Source: Patescibacteria group bacterium (GTDB taxonomy: Bacteria; Patescibacteriota; Minisyncoccia; Phycocordibacterales; Phycocordibacteraceae). From it: a stretch of DNA of 64,000 nt. The position numbers and the translations under genes are program-made. The DNA lies in contig JAIETW010000002.1 in the NCBI GenBank assembly GCA_019744845.1, positions 69,759 to 133,758 of the forward strand. The letters are read 5' to 3'. The notes beneath the pieces were generated by a model. It ran no database searches, was not told the DNA's origin, and was given only the letters and a program-made list of their open reading frames with translations. Positions 44,249-53,712 of this stretch are shown here, in pieces; within the stretch, counting starts at the first letter, position 1, and every line of letters starts with the position of its first letter.

Positions 44249-45977
44249 TCTCGTCGGTAAGGCGTGCAGCGAATGCCTCTACTGCTTCTGCGGCCTCTGA
44301 CTTTCCGTGGTCACGGCTCTCTACAGAAACCGTTCCATCGGTTACTTCCTTTTCTCCAACCACAAGAAGGTACGGAATCTTCTTCTCCTTGGCAGCACGG
44401 ATCTTCTTTCCGAGAGATTCGTTTGCGGCGTCTACTTCTACGCGAATACCGCCCGTCTTAAGAATCTTCTCCACTTCCGATGCATACTGATTGAACTTCT
44501 CTGACACAGGGAGAATGCGGGCCTGCACCGGGGAGAGCCAGGTAGGGAAGGCGCCTGCGTAGTGTTCCATGAGAATGCCCATGAAGCGGTCGGGGGACCC
44601 CACGAGCGCACGATGAATCATGCTTGGGGTCTTCTTATTTCCATCCTCTGCAATGTAGGAAAGTCCAAAGCGTGCAGGCTGGTTGAAATCAAGCTGAATG
44701 GTAGAGATCTGCCACTCACGCTTTAGCGCGTCCACTGCCATGATATCTATCTTTGGCCCATAGAAGGCTGCTTCGCCTAGTGCTTCTTTGTGTGGAATCT
44801 TCTGTGACACAAGGAGGTTGCGCATAATACCTTCTGCCTTCTCCCAAATTGCGTCCTCGCCGAGATACTTTTCCTTCTTTGCGGGATCGCGAAGGGAGAG
44901 ACGCATCCAGTAATCAATCTTATATACGGCAAGTGCTTTCTGGATTGCCTTCAATACGTTTGAGATCTCTGACTCTATTTGATCCTCACGGCAGAAGATG
45001 TGGCCATCGTCCTGGGAGAATGCGCGAAGGCGAGTGAGGCCAGAGAGTTCTCCTGGACGCTCATCACGGTAGAGCACGGCGAAGTCTGCGTAACGAATAG
45101 GGAGGTCACGGTAACTACGAAGTTCGCTGTCAAAGATCTGCGTGTGCTGCGGACAGTTCATGGGCTTTAGGAACATCTCATCGTCCACGTACTGACTCTT
45201 CGCCTGGAGCATGTCTTCTTTGTACTGATCGTAGTGTCCAGAGATCTTGAAGAGCTCACCTTTGTTGATGTTGGGGGTATGCACCTCACCAAAGCCAAGT
45301 TCGGCATTGAGCTCACGAGAGAACCTAATGATTTCTGAGCGGATGATATTGCCCTTAGGGGTAAATAGGGGCATACCGGAGCCCACAAGATCCGAGAACA
45401 CCAAGAGTCCCTGCTCTCGTGCGATCTTACGGTGGTCACGCTTCTTCGCCTCCTCTCGGTTTGCGATGTACTCGTCTAACTCTTCCTTCGTATCAAAGGC
45501 AAGGCCGTAGATACGAGTGAGCATCGTATTCTTCTCATCGCCACGCCAGTACGCGCCTGCAATGCGATCTAGCTTAAAAGAGTCAGGAGCTATTTCATGC
45601 GCAGGATTTTCACAGTGTCCACCACGACAGAGATCCCAATACTCACCAGACTTGTAGAAGGAGAGAGTGCCACCATCTTTTGAAAACTCATCTATGAGTT
45701 CGTGCTTGTAGGGGTTTTGAGGGTACTCTGCCTTTGCATCCTCTGGAGAAAGTTCGTGACGATCCATAGAGGTCCAGGACGGAAGGATGCGACGCATCTG
45801 CTTTTCAATCTTCTCTAGATCCTTCTCGTTGATTGGAGTAGGGAACTCAAAGTCAAAGTAGAAGCCGTCATCAATGGCCGGACCAATAGTGCGCTTGGCA
45901 TCAGGACGTACGGTAAGTACCGCAGCGGCAAGAAGGTGGGCGAGCGTATGGCGTTTATGTTCTAGGTCCTGGTTCAT
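44232..45977 (-). CDS. thrS: Threonine--tRNA ligase (lacks N-terminal TGS domain)
   Basis: HxxxH/RDHRKI editing-domain remnant, class II motifs, and a C-terminal anticodon-binding domain (PYLLVVGEKE); 581 aa. Confidence 0.93.
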   Translation of the reverse strand: MNQDLEHKRHTLAHLLAAAVLTVRPDAKRTIGPAIDDGFYFDFEFPTPINEKDLEKIEKQMRRILPSWTSMDRHELSPEDAKAEYPQNPYKHELIDEFSKDGGTLSFYKSGEYWDLCRGGHCENPAHEIAPDSFKLDRIAGAYWRGDEKNTMLTRIYGLAFDTKEELDEYIANREEAKKRDHRKIAREQGLLVFSDLVGSGMPLFTPKGNIIRSEIIRFSRELNAELGFGEVHTPNINKGELFKISGHYDQYKEDMLQAKSQYVDDEMFLKPMNCPQHTQIFDSELRSYRDLPIRYADFAVLYRDERPGELSGLTRLRAFSQDDGHIFCREDQIESEISNVLKAIQKALAVYKIDYWMRLSLRDPAKKEKYLGEDAIWEKAEGIMRNLLVSQKIPHKEALGEAAFYGPKIDIMAVDALKREWQISTIQLDFNQPARFGLSYIAEDGNKKTPSMIHRALVGSPDRFMGILMEHYAGAFPTWLSPVQARILPVSEKFNQYASEVEKILKTGGIRVEVDAANESLGKKIRAAKEKKIPYLLVVGEKEVTDGTVSVESRDHGKSEAAEAVEAFAARLTDEIRNRS

Positions 45978-46001
45978 GATGTGTGTAAGTATACCGTTCT
46001 G

Positions 46002-46029
46002 AAATAAAAAACCCCGCAGGTGGCGGGGG
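46002..46029 (-). terminator. Rho-independent terminator downstream of dnaE (minus strand)
   Basis: On the minus strand, CCCCCGCC-ACCT-GCGGGG followed by TTTTTTATTTC. Confidence 0.6.
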
Positions 46030-46131
46030 TAATAGTGTGTGAGGCTAGGACCACCGCCGGAGGCGCTACGAGGTAGTAGTGGTGGTCGTGGTCACGAATA
46101 CCATAGGGAGAAGTATAGGACGCCGTACGAC

Positions 46132-49100
46132 TTATGCAAGTGCCTTCAGGTTATCTACCGCAAGGGTAGTCTCACCGTTTCTAATAGACACCTTCGCCTT
46201 CAGAAGCACACAGGAACCCTCTATAAGTGCGGCACCTTGCTCCTTGTAGAGCTTGGGGAACACAACTCCTTCAATGGAGTCGGTCTTATCTTCAAAGCGC
46301 ACGAAGGACATCTTCTCTCCATTTTTAGTAAGAAGCGTACGCACGCTCGCAACGAGGGCCGGAATAATCACGGGAAGACTTTGCTGCGGCGCTTCCTTGA
46401 TCTTTGCAATAGTCATAGTCGCCTTACTTACGACGGTACTGTGCGAATCAAGAGGATGTCCTGAGACATAGATACCAAGAAGTTCCTTCTCCCATGCGAG
46501 CTTATCGCGAAGCGTGGTCTTGAGGTCGCTTGGGGGGAGATTCAGGCTTGGTGCGGCAGAGGCAAAGAGAGAATCCTGGGTTGCAGGCGCAGTTGCGTCT
46601 CTATGGAAGGTGAGAAGTGTTTCTATATGTTCTAGAAGCTGCGCGCGCTCACCAAAGCGATCAAGTGCACCGCACTTAATGAGTGACTCCAGTGACTTAC
46701 GATTCAAGTTCCTGTTGCCGATTCTACAGAGGAAGTCAGAGAGGGAAGTGAACGGTCCTGCATTTCCACGCTCGGTGATGATCGCTTCTGATATACCTTC
46801 ACCGAAGTTCTTGATGGACGATAGTCCAAAGCGAATCGTGTTCTTGCCTTCACCAGCGACCGTAAACACCGAACCTGATTCGTTTACGTCGGGAGGGAGC
46901 ACGGGAACTTTAAGTCGCTCACACTCAGCGACCATGACCGCGATCTGATCTACGTTTCCGGAGTCGGCGGTGAGCACGGCAGCCATATACTCCACAGGAT
47001 AGTGCGCCTTCATGTAGGCGGTTTGGTATGCGACTTTTCCGTAGGAGGCAGCATGCGCCTTGTTAAATCCGTAGGCAGCAAACGGTTCAATCAATTTCCA
47101 GAGTGCTTCTGCGTTTGGTTTAGAAAGCTTTGCGTGGTCCATGAATCCTGCGATGAGTTTTTCTTTCTGTGCCTCCATCTGTTCAGGAATCTTTTTACCC
47201 ATAGCCTTACGAAGTGCGTCCGCTTCAAGCCATGAATAGCCGCCAAGACGCACTGCGATCAAAAGCACGTCGTCCTGATACGTCACCACGCCGTAGGAAC
47301 GATCGAGAATTTCTTCTAGGCGAGGATCTAGATACTTCACCAGTTTTGGATTTCGCTTACGTTCAATATAGGAAGGAATAGATTCAATCGGGCCTGGACG
47401 ATACAAGGCCACCATAGCGTTGATGTCGTGAATGGTGGTAGGGCGGAGTTCCTTCAAGTATCGGGTCATACCGCTTCCGGCGAGCTGGAAGAGTCCTTCG
47501 GTTTCGCCGCGCGCAAGCATGGCAAAGGTCTCTGCGTCATCTAGAGGAATCTTTTCAATATCAATCCAGGTGTCGCGTGTTTCTTTTACGCGCTCCACCG
47601 AGTCCGCGAGGATCGCGAGGTTTTTAATACCAAGGAAGTCAAACTTCAAAAGTCCCACACCGCCGTATTCATCAGTGATGGAGTACATGTCGTACTGCGT
47701 GATGAGTGCACCGTTCTCGTCTTCACTCTTTGGGTCGTACTGAAGTGGTGCCCATTCCACAAGTGGGGAAGGCGCAATCACGACACCCGCGGCGTGCACA
47801 CCCACATGGCGTACACAGCCTTCAATACGTTTCGCAAGGTCTATCACTTCTCGTACGTCATCATCTTCGTCATAGAGTTTCTTTAGATCCTCTTCAAGGG
47901 TCATGGCGCGTTCTATAGTCATAGGGAATCCTTGAGAGCCAACCGGAATCAGTTTCGCGATGCGGTCACCCGTGCCGTATGAGTGTCCGAGTGCACGTGC
48001 GACGTCACGCACGGCGGCACGTGCGAGCATGGTGCCGAAAGTGCCGATCTGTGCGACACGATCCTCGCCATACTTACGTTTTGCATACGCGATCACCTCA
48101 CCGCGACGATTATCGGCGAAGTCCATATCAATATCTGGTGCTTTCGGACGCTCTGGGTTCAAGAAGCGCTCGAAGGGAAGTTTATAGAAGATGGGATCTA
48201 CGTTTGTGACGCCTGCGAGATAGGAGACGAGCGATCCTCCTGCAGACCCACGAGTGGTGGTGAGGATACCTTCCTTACGCGCAAAGGTAAGGAGGTCAGA
48301 CACGATGAGGAAGTACGGGGCAAAATTTTTGTCTTTAATAATCTGGAGTTCATATTCTATGCGCTCTTCTACCTCTTTCGTCTTCTCCATGCCGCGCATA
48401 GAAAGACCAGCATAGGCACGATCCTTGAGTTCTTCGTCGTGGGTTTTCCCACTTTCTACCTTGAACTCAGGAAACACCCATTCACCAAGAGTGAAGGAAA
48501 GATTGCAACGCTCTGCAATCTCGCCACTGCGATCTACCGCATCTTCCATATCCTTAAACCACTTTCGCATATCTTTCTCGCTGGTGAAGGAGAAGTCCTC
48601 GTCTTCGTTAAATCCTTTTTCACCATGCTGAATACGACGAAGCACTGCGCACGCTTCGCGATCTTCGGGATCAAGGAAATACACATCGTGCTGTGCAACG
48701 AGGGGCACCCCTGAAGATTTGGAGAGCGTAACCAGTGCGTCCATCTTTTTCTGATGCCCCTCTACCTTTGGGTGGTAGGTGATCTCAAGGAACACATTAT
48801 TTTTTCCAAAAATACTTACGTATTCTTCAAGCAGAGCAGATGCGGCCTTCAGATCTCCTGCGGCAACTGCCTGGACTACTTCACCTGAGAATGAAGGGAT
48901 AAGTGCGATGATGCCTTCTTTGTGTTCACGAAGTAACTCCTTATCTATCCGTGGCTTCTCGTTCAATCCTTCGGTGAACGACTTCGTGACCATTGCAAGC
49001 AGGTTTTTGTATCCCTTTTCATTCTCTGCAAGAAGCACGAGACGCGCACGCTTCTCATCGCGATTCTTTTCATGACGTGAACGAGGGGCCAGGTATGCAT

Positions 49101-49305
49101 CTACGCCAAGAATTGGTTTGATACCCGCTTTTGTGGCGGACTTATAGAAATCAATGGCGCCATGGAGGTTCCCAGCGTCGGTGAGTGCGACTGCCGGCAT
49201 ACCTGCCTTCTTTGCTGCCTCCACGAGCTCATCAGCCTTTGGGAGTGCCTGAAGGAAGGAGTAGTGGCTATGGGTATGAAGGTGCACAAACTTGCTCATA
49301 CCCAC
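46132..49305 (-). CDS. dnaE: DNA polymerase III alpha subunit
   Basis: PHP domain N-terminus (FVHLHTHSHYS), a polymerase core, and an OB fold; 1057 aa. Confidence 0.95.
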   Translation of the reverse strand: MGMSKFVHLHTHSHYSFLQALPKADELVEAAKKAGMPAVALTDAGNLHGAIDFYKSATKAGIKPILGVDAYLAPRSRHEKNRDEKRARLVLLAENEKGYKNLLAMVTKSFTEGLNEKPRIDKELLREHKEGIIALIPSFSGEVVQAVAAGDLKAASALLEEYVSIFGKNNVFLEITYHPKVEGHQKKMDALVTLSKSSGVPLVAQHDVYFLDPEDREACAVLRRIQHGEKGFNEDEDFSFTSEKDMRKWFKDMEDAVDRSGEIAERCNLSFTLGEWVFPEFKVESGKTHDEELKDRAYAGLSMRGMEKTKEVEERIEYELQIIKDKNFAPYFLIVSDLLTFARKEGILTTTRGSAGGSLVSYLAGVTNVDPIFYKLPFERFLNPERPKAPDIDMDFADNRRGEVIAYAKRKYGEDRVAQIGTFGTMLARAAVRDVARALGHSYGTGDRIAKLIPVGSQGFPMTIERAMTLEEDLKKLYDEDDDVREVIDLAKRIEGCVRHVGVHAAGVVIAPSPLVEWAPLQYDPKSEDENGALITQYDMYSITDEYGGVGLLKFDFLGIKNLAILADSVERVKETRDTWIDIEKIPLDDAETFAMLARGETEGLFQLAGSGMTRYLKELRPTTIHDINAMVALYRPGPIESIPSYIERKRNPKLVKYLDPRLEEILDRSYGVVTYQDDVLLIAVRLGGYSWLEADALRKAMGKKIPEQMEAQKEKLIAGFMDHAKLSKPNAEALWKLIEPFAAYGFNKAHAASYGKVAYQTAYMKAHYPVEYMAAVLTADSGNVDQIAVMVAECERLKVPVLPPDVNESGSVFTVAGEGKNTIRFGLSSIKNFGEGISEAIITERGNAGPFTSLSDFLCRIGNRNLNRKSLESLIKCGALDRFGERAQLLEHIETLLTFHRDATAPATQDSLFASAAPSLNLPPSDLKTTLRDKLAWEKELLGIYVSGHPLDSHSTVVSKATMTIAKIKEAPQQSLPVIIPALVASVRTLLTKNGEKMSFVRFEDKTDSIEGVVFPKLYKEQGAALIEGSCVLLKAKVSIRNGETTLAVDNLKALA

Positions 49306-49374
49306 AGAATACCAAGCGGAGGAGCCATGCGCCTAATGTTGGTATACTGTCCCTATACTCATATTTTGTAGATT

Positions 49375-49557
49375 ATGTCTGATTCAATGGAAGCGGGTGG
49401 GAAGCCCCTTAAGCTTAACGAAACTCCTGAGGCGGCGTTGAAACGTCTGCAAGGCGCTGAGCGTTTGATGAGACTCAACCCATTTAAAGATCAGAATAAG
49501 TTAGCGGCCCTTCAGGCAGAGATTGCACGCCTCGGTGCGGAGATACGAGGAGAGTAA
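49375..49557 (+). CDS. Small hypothetical protein (60 aa)
   Basis: ORF ends 2 nt before the rnhB start; predicted helical with a coiled-coil-like C-terminus. No recognisable family. Confidence 0.35.
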   Translation: MSDSMEAGGKPLKLNETPEAALKRLQGAERLMRLNPFKDQNKLAALQAEIARLGAEIRGE

Positions 49558-49559
49558 AC

Positions 49560-50147
49560 ATGTCGTGCCTCATTCTCGGCGTTGATGAGGCAGGCCGTGG
49601 ACCGCTCGCAGGTCCCGTTGCGGTGGGTGTCGTATTGGTAGAAGAGGGATTTGATCTTCTTGCGACGTTTCCGTACCTCAATGATTCTAAGAAGCTTTCT
49701 GAGAAAAAGCGCGAAGCAATCTTTGAGCAGCTTTTGGTATGTGAAAAAGAGGGAAGTGTATCGTTTTGTGTGAAGTCGGTAGATGCGGCAACCATTGATA
49801 AAGCAGGGATCAGTCCCTCAGTACGCAGCGCGGTACATGCCGGTATTCGCGCGCTTACGCCAGATCCTACGGGAGTGAAGGTGTATTTAGATGGTCTTCT
49901 TCACGCGCCAAATGAGTATGAACAGGAGACAGTGGTCGGAGGAGATGCGCTCATACCTGCGATCATGCTCGCCTCTATTGCAGCGAAGGTCTCTCGGGAC
50001 CGTTTGATGGTCCGATTGGCAGAGGAATATCCGGAGTATGGGTTTGAGGCCCATAAGGGGTACGGCACGAAGGCGCACCAGGCTGCCATCCGTACCCACG
50101 GTCTTTCACCGCTGCACCGGAGGAGCTTTTGTCGGGCATTTGCCTAG
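49560..50147 (+). CDS. rnhB: Ribonuclease HII
   Basis: ILGVDEAGRGPLAGPV with the DEAGRG catalytic motif, and DDSKKLS. Confidence 0.9.
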   Translation: MSCLILGVDEAGRGPLAGPVAVGVVLVEEGFDLLATFPYLNDSKKLSEKKREAIFEQLLVCEKEGSVSFCVKSVDAATIDKAGISPSVRSAVHAGIRALTPDPTGVKVYLDGLLHAPNEYEQETVVGGDALIPAIMLASIAAKVSRDRLMVRLAEEYPEYGFEAHKGYGTKAHQAAIRTHGLSPLHRRSFCRAFA

Positions 50148-50189
50148 GCCCCGTTGCGGGAAACGGCTATATACGGTAAGGTAGCGCCT

Positions 50190-50534
50190 ATGTCTGTACG
50201 AATGCGCCACACGAGCTCCCACACGAAGAATCGTCGGAGTCATCATGCCCTTAAGAACAAGAAAATAGTGACGGATAAGGAGACCGGAAATCTCCGTCTT
50301 CCGCACCGTCTTGATGAAAAGACCGGTATGTACCGCGGTAAGCTTATCGTCCCTCCAAAGGTAAAGAAGGCAAAGAAGGACTATGCTAAGGCGGATAAGA
50401 TCGGCCCTGCAGAAGGAAAGGTGCACCTAGAAAAGGTAGATGAGCCAAAGATAGAGAAGAAGGAAAAGGGTCTTCTCGGTCGCATGACCAAAGGAAAGGC
50501 AAAGGCACGTTCAGGAATGGGAGGAGGAGTATAA
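50190..50534 (+). CDS. rpmF: 50S ribosomal protein L32 with long Lys-rich C-terminal extension
   Basis: MRHTSSHTKNRRSHHAL ... LPHR parallels the L32 N-terminus (KKSRSRRDMRRSHDAL ... PH). Start moved to an internal ATG. Confidence 0.7.
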   Translation: MSVRMRHTSSHTKNRRSHHALKNKKIVTDKETGNLRLPHRLDEKTGMYRGKLIVPPKVKKAKKDYAKADKIGPAEGKVHLEKVDEPKIEKKEKGLLGRMTKGKAKARSGMGGGV

Positions 50535-50614
50535 ATCCTGTCCCCACTGTACACAGGCCCACGCACGTGCGTGGGCTTTTTTGTCTGGTACTCTCATGAG
50601 AGTTCTTTCTATAT

Positions 50615-51514
50615 ATGGCCAATCGGCATCTCGCGCGTTCTCTTGTCCTTCAGTCCCTCTTTGAGTGGGATACGGCAGGTGTGCCTGTAGCGGAGGTGAA
50701 GAACATCCTTGCGCGTAACACCCGTGAGTTTGGAGGGGATGATACTGAAGGGCCATTTATGGAATCTCTCCTTGAAGGCGTGCTCGCAAAGCACGACGAT
50801 CTAGATTTGATTATTCAGAAGGCGGCACCCGACTGGCCGTTGAATCGCATTGCACCGATTGACCGAAACATTCTTCGGTTGGGACTCTATGAGCTTTTGT
50901 TTGCGGACCGTGACCAGGTACCACCGAAGGTGGCAATCAACGAAGCAATTGAGCTTGCAAAGATCTTTGGCGGGGAATCGTCAGGACGTTTTATTAACGG
51001 CGTGCTCGGTGCCGTGTACAAGGAGATGGGTGAGCCAGGAAAGGAAGATGGCGCTAAGAAGAAGGAGCGGATAGATCCGCGCACGCTTCCGGTGGAAGAA
51101 CTTGCAGGTGCGATCGTGTACGCGCCACACGAGGGTCAGTGCTACGTGGCACTGGTGCATGACGTCTTTGGACGCTGGACTCTGTCTAAGGGGCACATCA
51201 ATGAAGAAGAGACTCCGCAGCAGGGTGTGATTCGTGTGATTCAGGAGGAGCTTGGACTCACCGGTACGGTAGAAGAAGTGGTGGGAGAGAACGAATACAT
51301 CGCCTCACACCCTGAGAAAGGGAAGGTCCGTAAGCACGTGTACTTCTTTTTGGTAAAGACCGAGTTCTCAAAACTCTCTTTGAAGCAGAGTGGAGGCCTT
51401 GATGATGCCCGCTGGTTCCGGCTTGCGGATATTCGGGCCCTTAACTTCTACGACGACATGCTCCCAATCGTCACCTCGGCCGTCCAAAAGCTCCTTGATA
51501 AGGCTTTGAAGTAG
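50615..51514 (+). CDS. nusB: NusB (transcription antitermination) fused to C-terminal NUDIX hydrolase domain
   Basis: The first ~140 aa are NusB-like (LVLQSLFEWD ... LAKIFGGESSGRFINGVLG). The C-terminus has the Nudix box GHINEEETPQQGVIRVIQEELGL (G-x5-E-x7-REUxEExGU). Confidence 0.8.
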   Translation: MANRHLARSLVLQSLFEWDTAGVPVAEVKNILARNTREFGGDDTEGPFMESLLEGVLAKHDDLDLIIQKAAPDWPLNRIAPIDRNILRLGLYELLFADRDQVPPKVAINEAIELAKIFGGESSGRFINGVLGAVYKEMGEPGKEDGAKKKERIDPRTLPVEELAGAIVYAPHEGQCYVALVHDVFGRWTLSKGHINEEETPQQGVIRVIQEELGLTGTVEEVVGENEYIASHPEKGKVRKHVYFFLVKTEFSKLSLKQSGGLDDARWFRLADIRALNFYDDMLPIVTSAVQKLLDKALK

Positions 51515-51535
51515 TTGGGGTATACTCCCTGATAT

Positions 51536-52219
51536 ATGGAGTTTACTGACGCCGCAGAGAAGCTAGGGCTTCCGTTTCGTGATCTCGCGCTTCTAGAGGA
51601 GGCGCTCACGCACCGTTCCTATCTGAATGAGAATAGAAGCTCCAAGGCACACAATGAGCGCCTTGAGTTTCTTGGGGATGCAGTGCTTGAGCTTGCGACG
51701 ACACGCTTTCTTTTTGATAAGTTTCCAAAGAAACCAGAAGGGGAATTGACCGCGTATCGTGCCGCACTCGTGAATACGTATTCCATTGCTGCCGTGGCGC
51801 AGGAGCTTGGGGTAAACGACATGCTCCTTCTTTCAAAGGGAGAGAAACGGGATACGGGACGTGCGCGTCAGATCATTCTTGCGAACGCGTTTGAAGCAAT
51901 TGTGGGTGCGGTCTATCTTGACCAGGGGTATGACGCGGCAGAAGTATTTCTTGCGAAGCATCTCTATCCAAAACTAGAGAGTGTGCTTGAAGAGCGAAGC
52001 TATCAGGATGCAAAGAGTCGTTTCCAAGAACTCGCCCAGGAACATGATGGGGTGACGCCGAAGTACAAGACACTAGAGGAGACGGGACCTGACCACGACC
52101 GTCAGTTCACGGTCGGTGTATTTATAGGAGATGAGGAGATTGCGCAGGGAGAAGGGAAGAGCAAGCAGGAGGCAGAGCAGGATGCAGCCAAGAAGGGGTT
52201 AGAGAAGAAGAAGTGGTAG
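51536..52219 (+). CDS. rnc: Ribonuclease III
   Basis: HRSY ... ERLEFLGDAVLEL signature and a C-terminal dsRBD. Confidence 0.92.
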   Translation: MEFTDAAEKLGLPFRDLALLEEALTHRSYLNENRSSKAHNERLEFLGDAVLELATTRFLFDKFPKKPEGELTAYRAALVNTYSIAAVAQELGVNDMLLLSKGEKRDTGRARQIILANAFEAIVGAVYLDQGYDAAEVFLAKHLYPKLESVLEERSYQDAKSRFQELAQEHDGVTPKYKTLEETGPDHDRQFTVGVFIGDEEIAQGEGKSKQEAEQDAAKKGLEKKKW

Positions 52220-52243
52220 GTTCGAGTCCTGGACAGCCAGCAC
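52219..52243 (+). repeat. Degenerate copy of intergenic repeat (GGTTC ... GGACAGCCAGCACGTG) at rnc end, 16 nt upstream of next ATG
   Basis: Shares the GACAGCCAGCAC core and a downstream -10-like GATAGCAT with the three full copies. Confidence 0.35.
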
Positions 52244-52259
52244 GTGATAGCATTACTTC

Positions 52260-52754
52260 ATGAGTGAGCCGACGTTCCCAACACCCAAGCAGCCCGTGCC
52301 TACCGAAGTACCAGAAGAGGCGACCTCACGCGTTTTGCAAGACGTCTTCACTAGTTACTTATTTGATCTAAACGACGCAGGTGGGTCTAGTTCAACCGCT
52401 ACAAGCGCGATTTTCTATCGCTCAAAACTTCCTAGAGTGCTGGCAAGACAGATGGGAGCGATGTCAGGGTTACGCGCCGCCCTCCATGATCCCAGAGTAT
52501 CCAGGGCGAAAGCAGACTCTCTTCCCCCCGCCTACTTCGACAATCTTGATCAGATTATATTGTTCTTTACGCAAGCAGCCCATGACGAAGGTCTGCAAGA
52601 CAAGCTTTGGGCAAAAATGTGCGCAATTTGTGAACTTCCTCCAGAAACAAAGGAAATCCAGTTTAGTCAGGTTTTTGACACACTTAGAGCCAAGGGCTAC
52701 GGGCAATTAAAGATAGATAAGCGTGATGGCAGCAATTCATCTGAGGAGACATAG
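52260..52754 (+). CDS. Hypothetical protein (164 aa)
   Basis: ORF only; no family motif recognised. Confidence 0.5.
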   Translation: MSEPTFPTPKQPVPTEVPEEATSRVLQDVFTSYLFDLNDAGGSSSTATSAIFYRSKLPRVLARQMGAMSGLRAALHDPRVSRAKADSLPPAYFDNLDQIILFFTQAAHDEGLQDKLWAKMCAICELPPETKEIQFSQVFDTLRAKGYGQLKIDKRDGSNSSEET

Positions 52755-52784
52755 GGTTCCAACATCGTCCAAGACAGCCAGCAC
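52755..52784 (+). repeat. Intergenic ~32-bp repeat copy A (GGTTCCAACATCGTCCAAGACAGCCAGCAC) + TGATATACT, 15 nt upstream of ATG 52800
   Basis: Near-identical to the copies at 53361 and 53713, and followed by an extended -10-like box. Confidence 0.7.
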
Positions 52785-52799
52785 TGATATACTCGTTTT

Positions 52800-53357
52800 A
52801 TGAAAGTAATACTTTTTGACTTCTTTGGAGTGTTCTCCACCCCTGTATATAAAAAAGTAATAGATACATACATCCCTGAGTCAGAACGAGAGACATGGAT
52901 GAAGAAGCTTGATGTGCTTGATACTGGTGAACTTTCGGAAGAAGATTTGCGCAAGCAACTTGCCGAAAGAGCCGGAGTGGAAGAAGGTGAAATACGCGCA
53001 GCCGTTGATGGCGCACCAGTGCGAAATACTGAGCTCTTTAACTATGTTGAAGAGAATCTAAAAGGGAAGTATGTAGTCGGCTTGCTGACCAATATTCCAC
53101 GTTCTCTATTTGAAAGAATAGCCGCAGATAAGGCGTCGCTTTTTGATCCGCTCCTTATTTCATCTGACTTAAAACTTATTAAACCAAGTAGAGAAATATT
53201 TGAAGAAGCAATTCGTAGATGTGGTGTCCTGCCAGAAGAAATACTGTTCATAGACGACGGAGAAAAGAATATTGCTGCTGCCAAAGCGGTTGGACTAAAT
53301 GGCTTTGTCTATACGGACTTTCCCTCGTTTTTAGAAAACATAGCTCCTTATTTGTAG
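52800..53357 (+). CDS. HAD-superfamily hydrolase (subfamily IA-like)
   Basis: Motif I (VILFDFFGV), a cap domain, and motif IV (FIDDGEKNIAAAKAVG). Confidence 0.8.
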   Translation: MKVILFDFFGVFSTPVYKKVIDTYIPESERETWMKKLDVLDTGELSEEDLRKQLAERAGVEEGEIRAAVDGAPVRNTELFNYVEENLKGKYVVGLLTNIPRSLFERIAADKASLFDPLLISSDLKLIKPSREIFEEAIRRCGVLPEEILFIDDGEKNIAAAKAVGLNGFVYTDFPSFLENIAPYL

Positions 53358-53360
53358 GAA

Positions 53361-53391
53361 GGTGGTTCCAACATCGTCCAAGACAGCCAGC
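53361..53391 (+). repeat. Intergenic repeat copy B (GGTGGTTCCAACATCGTCCAAGACAGCCAGC) + AGCTATACT, upstream of ATG 53409
   Basis: 31/31 identity with copy C apart from one indel; -10-like TATACT 9 nt before the ATG. Confidence 0.7.
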
Positions 53392-53408
53392 CAAGCTATA
53401 CTTTTCCC

Positions 53409-53711
53409 ATGCTTGATAGTTTTCTTCTAACTAGACTCAAGAAAACAAATTACCCGCTCTATGTACTATGGCGGGCGATTCTTCATGTCGCTAGCTCCCT
53501 GGTTCTTCTCTTCGTTTCGCACCTTGTGGCGTTAGAGTACGGGTATAATGCGCCCGCGTACGTATTTGCCGCATTGCTTATTTTCATAACCTACCTAGAG
53601 TTTTATCTGCATCCAAAGCTCTATCACCAAAAGCTCTCAAAAGGCATCATAGATTGGCTCTCCTGGATCCTACCGTTCATACTGTATTTTCTCTTTCTTG
53701 GAATCCTGTAA
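53409..53711 (+). CDS. Small multi-pass membrane protein (100 aa)
   Basis: Three hydrophobic helices. Confidence 0.45.
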   Translation: MLDSFLLTRLKKTNYPLYVLWRAILHVASSLVLLFVSHLVALEYGYNAPAYVFAALLIFITYLEFYLHPKLYHQKLSKGIIDWLSWILPFILYFLFLGIL

Positions 53712-53712
53712 A

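Noticed and set aside
46514-48714. Several plus-strand ORFs of 70-243 aa inside the dnaE region
   Set aside because: All are antisense to the 1057-aa DnaE ORF, which has clear PHP and polymerase motifs.
52219-52232. GGTTCGAGTCC resembling a tRNA T-arm
   Set aside because: No acceptor, D or anticodon arms can be built around it. It lies inside the rnc coding 3' end and is better explained as part of the local intergenic repeat family.
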